NCBI GenBank assembly: GCA_033764015.1
Contig: JANRJK010000031.1
Span: 32,001-96,000 of the forward strand
DNA from: Candidatus Sumerlaeia bacterium
GTDB taxonomy: Bacteria; Sumerlaeota; Sumerlaeia; SLMS01; JANRJK01
Length of the DNA stretch: 64,000 nt
Reading direction: 5' to 3'
Shown: positions 45,909 to 55,274 of the stretch, piece after piece
Numbering within the stretch: the first letter of the stretch is position 1
How the letters are laid out: each line of letters starts with the position of its first letter
Position numbers and translations under genes: made by a program
Notes under the pieces: generated by a model
What the model saw: only the letters and a program-made list of their open reading frames with translations
Databases searched by the model: none
What the model was told of the DNA's origin: nothing

Positions 45909-47201
45909 ATGTCCCTCATTGTGATGAAGTTCGGCGGCGACGCGCTCGGCGACAAAGGCAAGGGCGCCTCGAAGTCCTCCGCCGAGATGCTTTCCGGCGC
46001 GCGCTTCCACGCCGAGAAGTTCCGCCACATGTCCCGCATCGCCCGCGAACGGCGCGACCGCGGCGACCGCGTCCTCATCGTCGTCTCCGCCATGGGCGAC
46101 ACCACGAACCGCCTGCTGGCGATGGCCGCGCAGCTCCACCCGGACCCCCCCGCGCGCGAGCTCGACATGCTGATGACCACCGGCGAGCAGCAGGCGATCG
46201 CGCTGATGGCGATCGCGCTCGAGGCCGAGGGCCTCGACGCCCGCAGCTTCACCGGACCGCAGGTCGGCATCGTCACCGAATCGATCTTCGGCAAGGCCCG
46301 CATCCGCGAGATCAACCCGGCGAAGCTGCGCGCCGCCCTGGAAGCGGGCTCGATCCCCGTGGTCGCCGGATTCCAGGGCGCCACCATGGACAACGAGCTG
46401 ACGACCCTCGGGCGCGGCGGTTCCGACATCACCGCGGTGGCGCTCGCGGCGGCGCTCGGCGCGGACATCTGCGAGTTCTACAAGGACGTCGACGGCGTCT
46501 TCACGACGGACCCGCGCATGTGCCGCTCCGCCCGCAAGATCGACCGCATCAGCTACGACGAGATGCTGGAACTCGCCTCCATCGGCGCCGCCGTGCTCCA
46601 CTCGCGCAGCGTCGAATTCGCCAAGAACTACAACGTGCGCCTGCACGTGCGCAGCTACCTGCACGACCGCCCCGGCACCATCGTGACCGCAGAGGAACCG
46701 GAAATGGAAGACATCGTCGTCCGCGGAGTCGCCTACAACCGCGAGGAGTCCAAGATCACCATCGCCGAGGTGCCCGACACGCCCGGCGTCGCCGCCGAGC
46801 TGTTCGAGAAGATCGCCGAGGCGAACATCATCGTCGACATGGTGATCCAGTCCGCGCCGCACGGCGGACGGAACTCGATCAGCTTCACGGTGCCGCGCCC
46901 GGACCACGAGAAGGCGATGCGCATCACGCGCGCCTGCATGGAGTCCATGGGCGCGTCCGCCGTCGTCGGCGACAACAAGGTCGCCAAGCTGTCGATCGTG
47001 GGCGTCGGCATGCGCTCGCACCCGAACGTGGCCGCGCGCATGTTCCGCGCCCTCGCCGACGCCGGCATCAACATCCAGATGATCGCCACCAGCGAGATCA
47101 AGCTCTCGTGCATCATCGACGAGGCCGAACTCGAGAAGGGCATCCAGGTGGTCCACGACGCCTTCCCCGACCAGGTGTCGGAGGCGGCGGTGGTCGGCTG
47201 A
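45909..47201 (+). CDS. lysC: Aspartate kinase with two ACT domains
   Basis: VMKFGG, VVSAMGDTT, RELDML..GE, VAGFQG, TLGRGGSD, DVDGVFTTDPR and TSEIKLS. Confidence 0.93.
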   Translation: MSLIVMKFGGDALGDKGKGASKSSAEMLSGARFHAEKFRHMSRIARERRDRGDRVLIVVSAMGDTTNRLLAMAAQLHPDPPARELDMLMTTGEQQAIALMAIALEAEGLDARSFTGPQVGIVTESIFGKARIREINPAKLRAALEAGSIPVVAGFQGATMDNELTTLGRGGSDITAVALAAALGADICEFYKDVDGVFTTDPRMCRSARKIDRISYDEMLELASIGAAVLHSRSVEFAKNYNVRLHVRSYLHDRPGTIVTAEEPEMEDIVVRGVAYNREESKITIAEVPDTPGVAAELFEKIAEANIIVDMVIQSAPHGGRNSISFTVPRPDHEKAMRITRACMESMGASAVVGDNKVAKLSIVGVGMRSHPNVAARMFRALADAGINIQMIATSEIKLSCIIDEAELEKGIQVVHDAFPDQVSEAAVVG

Positions 47202-47217
47202 CGGCGGGGGGCCCGGC

Positions 47218-48168
47218 TTACGCCAGGCCCATGCGCGTCAGGTAGCGTTCCGCCTCCAGCGCCGAGGCGCAGCCCATGCCCGCGGCGGTGATCGCCTGGC
47301 GGAAGTTGCGGTCGTGCACGTCGCCGGCGGCGAACACGCCCTCGATGCTGGTCTGCTGGTGGTGGTCCACCTTCAGGTAGCCTTCCTCGTCCGTGGCGAG
47401 GGCGCCGCCGAGGAACTTCGTGTTCGGCACGTGGCCGATGGCGATGAACATGGCGGAGGCGGCGATCTCGCGCGTTTCGCCGCTCTTCAGGTTCTTCACG
47501 CGCACGCGGTTCGCCTTGTTGAAGTTGCCGGCCTTCTCGCCGAGCACCTCGTCCACCGCGGAATCCCAGACGAACTCGATCTTCGGGTTCGCGAGCGCGC
47601 GGTCCGCCATGATCTTCGAGGCGCGCAGCTCGCCGCGCCGGTGGACCACATAAACCTTGTTGGCGAGCTTGGTGAGGTAGCTGGCCTCCTCCATGGCGGA
47701 GTCGCCGCCGCCCACCACGACCACGTCCTTGCCCTTGTAGAAGCCGCCGTCGCACACCGCGCAGGTGTGGACGCCGTGGTTCCAATAGGTCTGCTCGCCG
47801 GGGACGCCGAGCAGCCGGGGCGAAGCGCCGGTCGCGATGATGACCGTTTGCGCCCGGTACGCCTTTCCGCCCGCGTGGAGCGTGAAGGGGCGCGCGTCGA
47901 ACTCGATGCGCTCGACCAATTCGTACTCGATCTCCGCGCCGTACTTGCGCGCCTGCGCGTCCATGTCCTCCATCAGCTTGCCGCCGAGGACGCCCTCGGG
48001 GAAGCCGGGGAAGTTCTCGACTTCGGTGGTGGTGGTGAGCTGGCCGCCGGGCAGGTTGCCGGCGAAGACGAGCGGCGCCAGGTTCGCGCGCCCGAGGTAG
48101 AGCGCGGCGGTGAGGCCGGCGGGGCCGGTCCCGAGGATCACGGTGTTGCGGATGGAGGTGTCGGACAT
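47218..48168 (-). CDS. trxB: Thioredoxin reductase
   Basis: GTGPAGLTAALY, GGQLTTTTEVENFPGF, CAVCDG, GGGDSAMEEA and FRQAITAAG. ATG 48168. Confidence 0.96.
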   Translation of the reverse strand: MSDTSIRNTVILGTGPAGLTAALYLGRANLAPLVFAGNLPGGQLTTTTEVENFPGFPEGVLGGKLMEDMDAQARKYGAEIEYELVERIEFDARPFTLHAGGKAYRAQTVIIATGASPRLLGVPGEQTYWNHGVHTCAVCDGGFYKGKDVVVVGGGDSAMEEASYLTKLANKVYVVHRRGELRASKIMADRALANPKIEFVWDSAVDEVLGEKAGNFNKANRVRVKNLKSGETREIAASAMFIAIGHVPNTKFLGGALATDEEGYLKVDHHQQTSIEGVFAAGDVHDRNFRQAITAAGMGCASALEAERYLTRMGLA

Positions 48169-48347
48169 TCGGTCGGAGGCTCCGATTTTTCGGTCTCTGC
48201 TTCGCTTGGAGGGGGAATCTCGACGCGGAATCGCGCCGGGGCAAGGAATCGCCGGGTTTCCCGCAACGCCAACTTGACGAGGTACACGAACCGTGCCGGA
48301 AATGCGCAATGGTCCGTCGGATCGACTTCCACTCCGGGGCGCCCCCG

Positions 48348-48617
48348 ATGTTCGAATCGTTCTTTCCTCCCGATCCCGCCGAGCTGGACGATTCGCACCT
48401 CGAGCTGAGGGACCGGCTGGCGCGCCGGGCCTGGCGCGTCGAATCGCTCATCCTGCACAGCGACCTGCCATGGATCGACATCGAACTGGAAATCGCCGCG
48501 ATGCGGCGTTTGGTGGAGGAGGAGTGGCCCGAACGGCTGCCGCTCTTCGAAGCGCTTTACGCGGAGCGCTTCGACCGGCTCGAATCGCAATGGGGGCATG
48601 CGCGCTCGGCCTTCTAG
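48348..48617 (+). CDS. Small hypothetical helical protein
   Basis: ATG 48348 (or 48309). Natural-looking sequence DLPWIDIELEI...LFEALYAERFDRLESQW that overlaps the dacB start. Confidence 0.6.
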   Translation: MFESFFPPDPAELDDSHLELRDRLARRAWRVESLILHSDLPWIDIELEIAAMRRLVEEEWPERLPLFEALYAERFDRLESQWGHARSAF

Positions 48618-50104
48618 CCGCCGCTCCGCCCCCGGGCGCCGCCCAGCCCCCGGCGCCCACCCCCAACGCCTACCAGCAGGGGCTCGACGGCCTCCGCCAG
48701 GAGCTCCTCGCGCTCTTCGAGGAGACGCGCCTCGGACGCGACAAGCGCCTCGGCGCCTACGTGCTCGACGCCGACACCGGCCAGGTGCTCATCGAGGTCA
48801 ACGGCGGCGAGCTCTTCGCCCCCGCCTCGCTCCTCAAGATCTTCACCGCCGGCGCCGCGCTCGACACCCTCGGCCCGGACCACCGCTTCAAGACCTCCAT
48901 CGAGGCGGTCGGCGCGATCGAGGGGAAGACGCTGCAGGGCGCGCTGCTGGTGCGCGGCGGCGGCGACCCCGCCCTCGGCCCCCGATTCCAGCGCAACCCG
49001 GACAACACCACTCAGGTCTTCCGCGACTGGGCCCATGTGCTGAAGGACGCCGGCATCCGGAAGATCGACGGCAGCGTGGTCGGCGACGACACGCTCTTCC
49101 TCGACGACCGCGTCTCGCCCGGCTGGCCGCGGCGGGAACTCGCCGAATGGTACTGCGCCGAGGTCAGCGCGCTCTCCTTCAACGACAACACGATCGACGT
49201 GCTCTTCCGCGCGCCGAAGAAGCAGAACGAGCGCGCCACCGCCACCATCTCCCCGCGCACCGAGTACGCCACCTTCGTCAACAGCGTCCGCACCGGAGCG
49301 CCCGGCGGCTACGACAGCGGCGTCCGGTTCTACCGCAACCCCACCGGCAGCGAGGTCGTCGCCCGCGGCCGCCTCGAACCGGGCGAGCGCAAGACCGAGT
49401 ACGCCGCCATGGCGGACCCCGCCATGTACGCCGCCACGGTGCTGAAGGAGACGCTCGAGGACGAGGGCATTACCGTGGCCGGGCGCCCCGCCAGGGTCCT
49501 CGACCGCGAAGAGTCCGCGATCCTCCGCGAGCAGTCCGTCGTGCTCTTCGAGCACACCTCGGAGCCGGTGTCCGCGCTCATGCCGGTGGTGCTCGCGGTG
49601 AGCCAGAACCTCTACGCGGAGGTGCTCGCGCGGCACGTCGCGCTGGCCTACGGCGAGCCGGCGGACTTCCAGGGCGCCGGGAACTCGCTGCGCCGGTGGG
49701 CGCAGGAGGCCGGCATCCCCGCGGGCAACCTGCTCTTCGCCGACGGATCGGGGCTCTCCCGCGCCAGCCGCCTCACGCCGCGCGCCATCGGCGAGGCGCT
49801 CCTCCGCATGCGCTCCTCGCCGCACTGGGAGCTGTTCCGCGATTCGCTCGCCTACCCGGGCGGGCGGGGTTCGCTGCGGACGCGCTTCACCGACCTCGAG
49901 CGGCGCGACCTGGCGCCGCGGCTCCACGCGAAGACGGGCTACATCGACGGCGCGCACGGCCTCGCGGGCTACCTGACGACGCGCAACGGCGGGGAGTACG
50001 TCTTCGTGATCGTGGCGAACAACGTGTACGCCCCGCCGGAGGCGGGCCGCCGCTTCGTCGAGGAGGCGCTGCTGCTGCTGGACCGCAGCCCCGCGCTGCC
50101 GTAG
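48590..50104 (+). CDS. dacB: D-alanyl-D-alanine carboxypeptidase/endopeptidase PBP4 (peptidase S13)
   Basis: PASLLK (SxxK), GGGDP, SQNLYAE (SxN), DGSGLSR and AKTG. Confidence 0.92.
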   Translation: MGACALGLLAAAPPPGAAQPPAPTPNAYQQGLDGLRQELLALFEETRLGRDKRLGAYVLDADTGQVLIEVNGGELFAPASLLKIFTAGAALDTLGPDHRFKTSIEAVGAIEGKTLQGALLVRGGGDPALGPRFQRNPDNTTQVFRDWAHVLKDAGIRKIDGSVVGDDTLFLDDRVSPGWPRRELAEWYCAEVSALSFNDNTIDVLFRAPKKQNERATATISPRTEYATFVNSVRTGAPGGYDSGVRFYRNPTGSEVVARGRLEPGERKTEYAAMADPAMYAATVLKETLEDEGITVAGRPARVLDREESAILREQSVVLFEHTSEPVSALMPVVLAVSQNLYAEVLARHVALAYGEPADFQGAGNSLRRWAQEAGIPAGNLLFADGSGLSRASRLTPRAIGEALLRMRSSPHWELFRDSLAYPGGRGSLRTRFTDLERRDLAPRLHAKTGYIDGAHGLAGYLTTRNGGEYVFVIVANNVYAPPEAGRRFVEEALLLLDRSPALP

Positions 50105-50253
50105 CCGGCGCGCGGGCGGGCCCGATTGGCCTTGTGCCGCCCGGCCCGGGTATTGCTTGCTCCACTGTTCGTATGGGCCGCCGCAGGGCGGCCCATTTTC
50201 ATGTCTCCCGGGCCCCCCGCGGCCCGGATCCCCCGCCGCAGGACCCATGCGCC

Positions 50254-51807
50254 ATGCCCCGCCCGAAGAAGAGCGACGAAATCAAGCCACTCAATATCAA
50301 GCAGTTCATCCGTGCGATCTCGAAGGAGAAGGAACTCGAGCCGGAAATCATCAAGCAGGCGGTCGAGTCGGCGATCCTCAGCGCCGCCTCGCGCCGCGCC
50401 AGCGTCTTCAACGACCCGCGCCCGGACCTCAACATCGACAGCGGCGACATGCGCATCTTCGTGAAGAAGAAGATCGTCGTCGCCGTGAAGGACCCGCGCC
50501 GCGAGATCGACATCCTGTCGGCCAAGGCGAAGGACCCCTCCCACATGCTCAACCAGGAGATCGAGGTCGAGATCGACCCGGAGGAGTTCGGCCGCATCGC
50601 CGCCCAGTCGGTCCGCCAGGGCATCCTGCAGCGGCTCCGCGACGCCGAGCGGCTGCGCGTCTACGACGACTTCAAGGGCAAGATCGGGCAGGTCGTCACC
50701 GGCATCGTGCAGCGCTACGAGCGGCGCGACGCGATCGTGGCGCTCGGCAAGTCCGAGTGCCTCCTGCCGGGCCAGGAGATCCCCATGGGCGTGCGCTACC
50801 GCCCCGGGGACCGCATCCGCTGCCTCATCATCGACGTCCGCAAGTCGCCCAAGGGCCCGCAGGTGATCCTGTCGCGCACGCGCTCCGAGCTGGTCCGCCA
50901 GCTCTTCGCGGTCGAGGTGCCCGAGATCAGCGACGGCACGGTCCGCATCGTCGAAATCGCCCGCGAGCCCGGCATGCGCACCAAGATCGCCGTGAACTCC
51001 ATGACGAGCGACGTCGACCCGGTCGGCGCCTGCGTCGGCATGAAGGGCGCCCGCGTGCAGCTCATCGTCCGCGAGCTCGACAACGAGAAGGTCGACATCG
51101 TCCCCTACTCGATCATGCCGGAGACGTTCATCCGCTCCGCGCTGAACCCGGCGAAGATCGTCGACGTGAAGCTGAACGAGATCGAGCGCCGCGCGCTCGT
51201 CACGGTCGAGCGCGACTCGCTCTCGAAGGCGATCGGCAAGCGCGGCCAGAACGCCAAGCTCGCCGCCAAGCTCACCGGCTGGAAGATCGACGTCCGCGCC
51301 CAGGAGGAGGACGCCACGATCGCCCAGATGAACGAGCTGGCGCTCCGCTACCTCGAGGACTTCCTCTCGAAGATCGACGGCCTCGGCAGCTTCGCCAAGG
51401 AGGCCATCGCGCGCACCTCCGAGTTCAACTCGGTCGAGAAGCTCGCCGCCAAGCAGCCCCGCGACCTCATGAACTTCACCGGCGACAACGAGGTCCTCGC
51501 GAAGGAGATCGTCGACAGCGCCAAGGAGTACCTGGAAGCCTACCAGGAAATGGCCGACGAGGCGGTGCTCGAGCAGGACGGCCTCGGCGACATGCTCCGC
51601 AACGTCCAGGGCCTCGCGGCCCAGCTCCGCGGCGAGAAGTTCATGCCCACCGCCAGCTTCGGACCGGTCGAGGAGCTCTCCGACTCCGACCTCCCCGACA
51701 TGCTCGGCGCCGGCGGCGTGTTCCATGCCGACCCGACGGACCTGCCGGACCTGCCGGACGCCCCGGACGCCGACTTCCACACGCCGGAGAACGACCGGGA
51801 CCTCTAA
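50254..51807 (+). CDS. nusA: Transcription termination/antitermination factor NusA
   Basis: FGRIAAQ, LSRT, EVPEISDG, AREPG.RTKIAV, DPVGACVGMKGARV and IGKRGQNAKLAAKLTGWKID. Acidic C-terminal tail. Confidence 0.95.
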   Translation: MPRPKKSDEIKPLNIKQFIRAISKEKELEPEIIKQAVESAILSAASRRASVFNDPRPDLNIDSGDMRIFVKKKIVVAVKDPRREIDILSAKAKDPSHMLNQEIEVEIDPEEFGRIAAQSVRQGILQRLRDAERLRVYDDFKGKIGQVVTGIVQRYERRDAIVALGKSECLLPGQEIPMGVRYRPGDRIRCLIIDVRKSPKGPQVILSRTRSELVRQLFAVEVPEISDGTVRIVEIAREPGMRTKIAVNSMTSDVDPVGACVGMKGARVQLIVRELDNEKVDIVPYSIMPETFIRSALNPAKIVDVKLNEIERRALVTVERDSLSKAIGKRGQNAKLAAKLTGWKIDVRAQEEDATIAQMNELALRYLEDFLSKIDGLGSFAKEAIARTSEFNSVEKLAAKQPRDLMNFTGDNEVLAKEIVDSAKEYLEAYQEMADEAVLEQDGLGDMLRNVQGLAAQLRGEKFMPTASFGPVEELSDSDLPDMLGAGGVFHADPTDLPDLPDAPDADFHTPENDRDL

Positions 51808-51825
51808 GCCCCCCGCGCCGACGCC

Positions 51826-52395
<570 letters not shown>

Positions 52396-52474
52396 CCGGG
52401 GCCCTTTCCACTTCCCCCTTTCCGGGGCGCCGCGCCCAATTCCTCCGACACCATTCCCGGAGGAGGCGCGCGCG

Positions 52475-53563
52475 ATGTTCGTCACCTACGTCGCCATCGC
52501 CAAGAACGAGGAGCTGGTCCTCGAACGGCACCTGCGCAGCATCTCGGGCGCGAACAAGTTCTGGGACCACCTCCTGATCGCGGACACCGGCTCGACGGAC
52601 CGCACCCGCGCCATCGCCGAGTCCTTCGGCGCGCGCGTCGTCGACGTGCCCTGGACCGATTCGTTCTGCGAGGCGCGGAACGCCGCCGCGTCGCACGCGC
52701 CGCCGGAGACGGACCTGATCGTCACCTTCGATTGCGACGAGGAGCTGATCGAGAACGGGCACCTGCTGCGCCCGCGCCTCGAGGAGCACTTCGCCCTCGG
52801 CCACTTCATCATGTCGGTCAAGTTCATCTGGTGGCGGCGCTCGGACGGCACGCCGGAAACGGTCTTCGCCCGCCCCTCGGTCTACTCGCCGAAGCACTTC
52901 CGCTACGAGAACCACTTCCACAACCTGCTGGTCGGCGGGCCGGTGCCCAACCCGCGCGTGTACTTCGAGGACATCCTCCTCGAGCACAAGCCGCTCAAGC
53001 CGCGCGGCTCCGGCAAGTCGGAGCTTTCGCTCCGGCTGATGAAGCGCCAGATGGCGGACTATCCGGACTCGACCCGGACGCTGTTCTACTGCGGGCGCGA
53101 GTTCGCCTACCGCCGGGAGTGGGAGGAGGCGGCCCGGCTGCTCGAGCGCCTGCTCGAGCGCGGGCCCGCTCCGGAGCACCTGATGCACGGCGCCTTCCAC
53201 CTCGGCGAGGCGCTCACCGCGCTGGGCAGGCACGACGACGCGCGCCGCGCCTACCTGCGCGTCGTCGAGGAGATGCCGAACCGCCGCGAGGGCTGGTTCT
53301 GGATGCTTATCTGGTGCTACGAGGCGCAGCGCTGGCGCGAGGCGGCCTGCTGGGGCGAAGCCGCCCTCGCGGTGCCCTACCACGAGTCCATGGCCGCGAT
53401 CATGACCGATGGCCGCGCCTTCGGCCCGATGCCGCACGACCTGCTGTCGGTGGTGTACTTCAACCTCGGGGAGAAGGCGAAGGGCCGCGCCCACCTCGAG
53501 GAGGCGATCCGCCTGGCGCCCGGCGACCAGCGGCTCCTCGACAACCGCAAGTGGTTCGAGTAA
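52475..53563 (+). CDS. GT2 glycosyltransferase with TPR repeats
   Basis: IAKNEE, DTGSTDRT, W.DSF.EARN, DCDE and C-terminal TPRs. Confidence 0.88.
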   Translation: MFVTYVAIAKNEELVLERHLRSISGANKFWDHLLIADTGSTDRTRAIAESFGARVVDVPWTDSFCEARNAAASHAPPETDLIVTFDCDEELIENGHLLRPRLEEHFALGHFIMSVKFIWWRRSDGTPETVFARPSVYSPKHFRYENHFHNLLVGGPVPNPRVYFEDILLEHKPLKPRGSGKSELSLRLMKRQMADYPDSTRTLFYCGREFAYRREWEEAARLLERLLERGPAPEHLMHGAFHLGEALTALGRHDDARRAYLRVVEEMPNRREGWFWMLIWCYEAQRWREAACWGEAALAVPYHESMAAIMTDGRAFGPMPHDLLSVVYFNLGEKAKGRAHLEEAIRLAPGDQRLLDNRKWFE

Positions 53564-53603
53564 GCGGGCCCAGGGCGGGGCCGGAACCGGCCAGCCTCGC
53601 GGC

Positions 53604-53621
53604 GGAGTCGGAAACGACTCC
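53604..53621. terminator. GAAA-tetraloop hairpin between convergent genes
   Basis: GGAGTCG-GAAA-CGACTCC with no clear U tract. Confidence 0.35.
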
Positions 53622-53624
53622 CGG

Positions 53625-55136
53625 CTAGCCCAGCAGCAAGAGCGTCGAGAGCGGCAAGGCGACCACGTTCTGTGGAAGGTCCGGCGGCTCGTCGTCCGTC
53701 AACGTCACCAGGATGCCGAAGGGGGCATTGTACGCCGGCCGCCCCAGGAACGAGTGGAGCCCGCGCAAGTCCCGCCCGTCGATCCGCCGCCGGTACTTCA
53801 CCTCCATCGGGATGCGCCGCGTTCCGATCGTCAGCACGAAGTCGACCTCCGGTTCGCCGTCGCGCTCCGGGAAGTGCGCCAGATCGAGGCCGCCCACTAG
53901 GGACAGCGAAGCCCCGGCAACGCTTTCCGCCAGCCGTCCCGCGAGGTCCGAAAGGTTTGGCGCCTCTCCGAGCGGCCCGGGTGCGAGCGGGATCACCTCC
54001 TGGAGCCACGCCGCCCGCACCCCGTGGTCCGAGAGGCAAATCTTCGAGAGGTTGCGCTGCTTCTTCAGCCGGATCTCGAGCGGTTCAACGAGGCGGAGCA
54101 GCAGGCTGCCGTGCAGGAAATCGAGGTAGTGGCGTATCCGCTCGGTGCCGACGTCCGCATCGAGGGTCGCACGCGCTTCCGCCGCGATCACCTCGTGCCG
54201 CGGCGCCTGCCCCGCGTAGCGGCACGCCAATCGGAAGACCTCCTTCAGGAGCCCCTCGTCCCGCCGGCGGCCCCGTTCGCCCATGCGCAGGTCGTGCTGG
54301 ATCACGCGGTTGACCACGTTCTCGACCAACTGGTCGGCAACCAGCCCCCACTCGATGCCCGGGTTCTCGTGCGCCACCGGGTAGGCTCCGCGCGCGCTGA
54401 ACGCCTCGAACGCCGCGTCCCGCGCCTCCCGGTGTTCCATTCCATGCGCGCGCAAGAAGCGCCAGAAGTCCTCGCGAACCAACTTGTCCAAGCCATTTCC
54501 GTCAAGGAGCGGGGCCGGAAATCCAGTCCCCCGGAACATGGCGATTTCCGAGAGGGCCAGCGGGCTTGTTTCGATTGTGTTGATCCGGCCCGAGAGGCTG
54601 TCGCGACCCGCCTCGATCCGTAGCGCGGAACTACCGGTCACCACGACACGAGCCGTCGCATGGTCCACAAGGCTCTTCAACTGGTCCGCCCAGCGGGATA
54701 GGTTCTGGACCTCGTCGAAGAATAGGAACGCCTCGCGGCCGCCGTGCGCCGCCTCGTTCAAGGACTCCCCGAGTATGTTGCGTTCATACCACTCGACAAT
54801 CCGCAGAATCGGCTCGTCGAGCTTCGACAGGGATGGCAGATCGTCGAACTGGACCAGCAGGATCCTTCTCGGGTCCACCCCCTCGCGGAGCAGGTCGCCG
54901 ATGAGTTGGAGGTAGGCGGTGGTCTTGCCAACCTGCCGGGGGCCGCGGACGACCACCACTTGCGCGAGACGCTGCTCGATCCGCCGTCGAATCCGCGAAA
55001 CCAAATGGCGCCGGGTGGCCGGAAGCACTTTGCCCGGTCGGCCCTCCCACCACGGATTGAACCGCGACAAGTCCGCGACGACTCGTTCTCCGAGCGTCGC
55101 GGGCGGGAATCGACTCTGTCGAGGGTGGTCGGTCAC
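53625..55136 (-). CDS. AAA_14 ATP-binding protein with C-terminal DUF4143/PD-(D/E)xK-like domain
   Basis: NPWW, GPRQVGKTT, FFDEVQ, VTGSS, SLSGR and EVDFV...PMEVKY. GTG 55136. Confidence 0.85.
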   Translation of the reverse strand: MTDHPRQSRFPPATLGERVVADLSRFNPWWEGRPGKVLPATRRHLVSRIRRRIEQRLAQVVVVRGPRQVGKTTAYLQLIGDLLREGVDPRRILLVQFDDLPSLSKLDEPILRIVEWYERNILGESLNEAAHGGREAFLFFDEVQNLSRWADQLKSLVDHATARVVVTGSSALRIEAGRDSLSGRINTIETSPLALSEIAMFRGTGFPAPLLDGNGLDKLVREDFWRFLRAHGMEHREARDAAFEAFSARGAYPVAHENPGIEWGLVADQLVENVVNRVIQHDLRMGERGRRRDEGLLKEVFRLACRYAGQAPRHEVIAAEARATLDADVGTERIRHYLDFLHGSLLLRLVEPLEIRLKKQRNLSKICLSDHGVRAAWLQEVIPLAPGPLGEAPNLSDLAGRLAESVAGASLSLVGGLDLAHFPERDGEPEVDFVLTIGTRRIPMEVKYRRRIDGRDLRGLHSFLGRPAYNAPFGILVTLTDDEPPDLPQNVVALPLSTLLLLG

Positions 55137-55274
55137 GGGGGGGACTCCTGACGCGGAACGAAGCCACCGCAGCCCTTGCCGTGGCAACCCGAGCCGCCGC
55201 GACGCCCCCCTGAATCGCGTCCGGGACAGCTCGATCCGCAGCCGTCGGACCGCGTCCGCATCCGCCCCCTCCCC

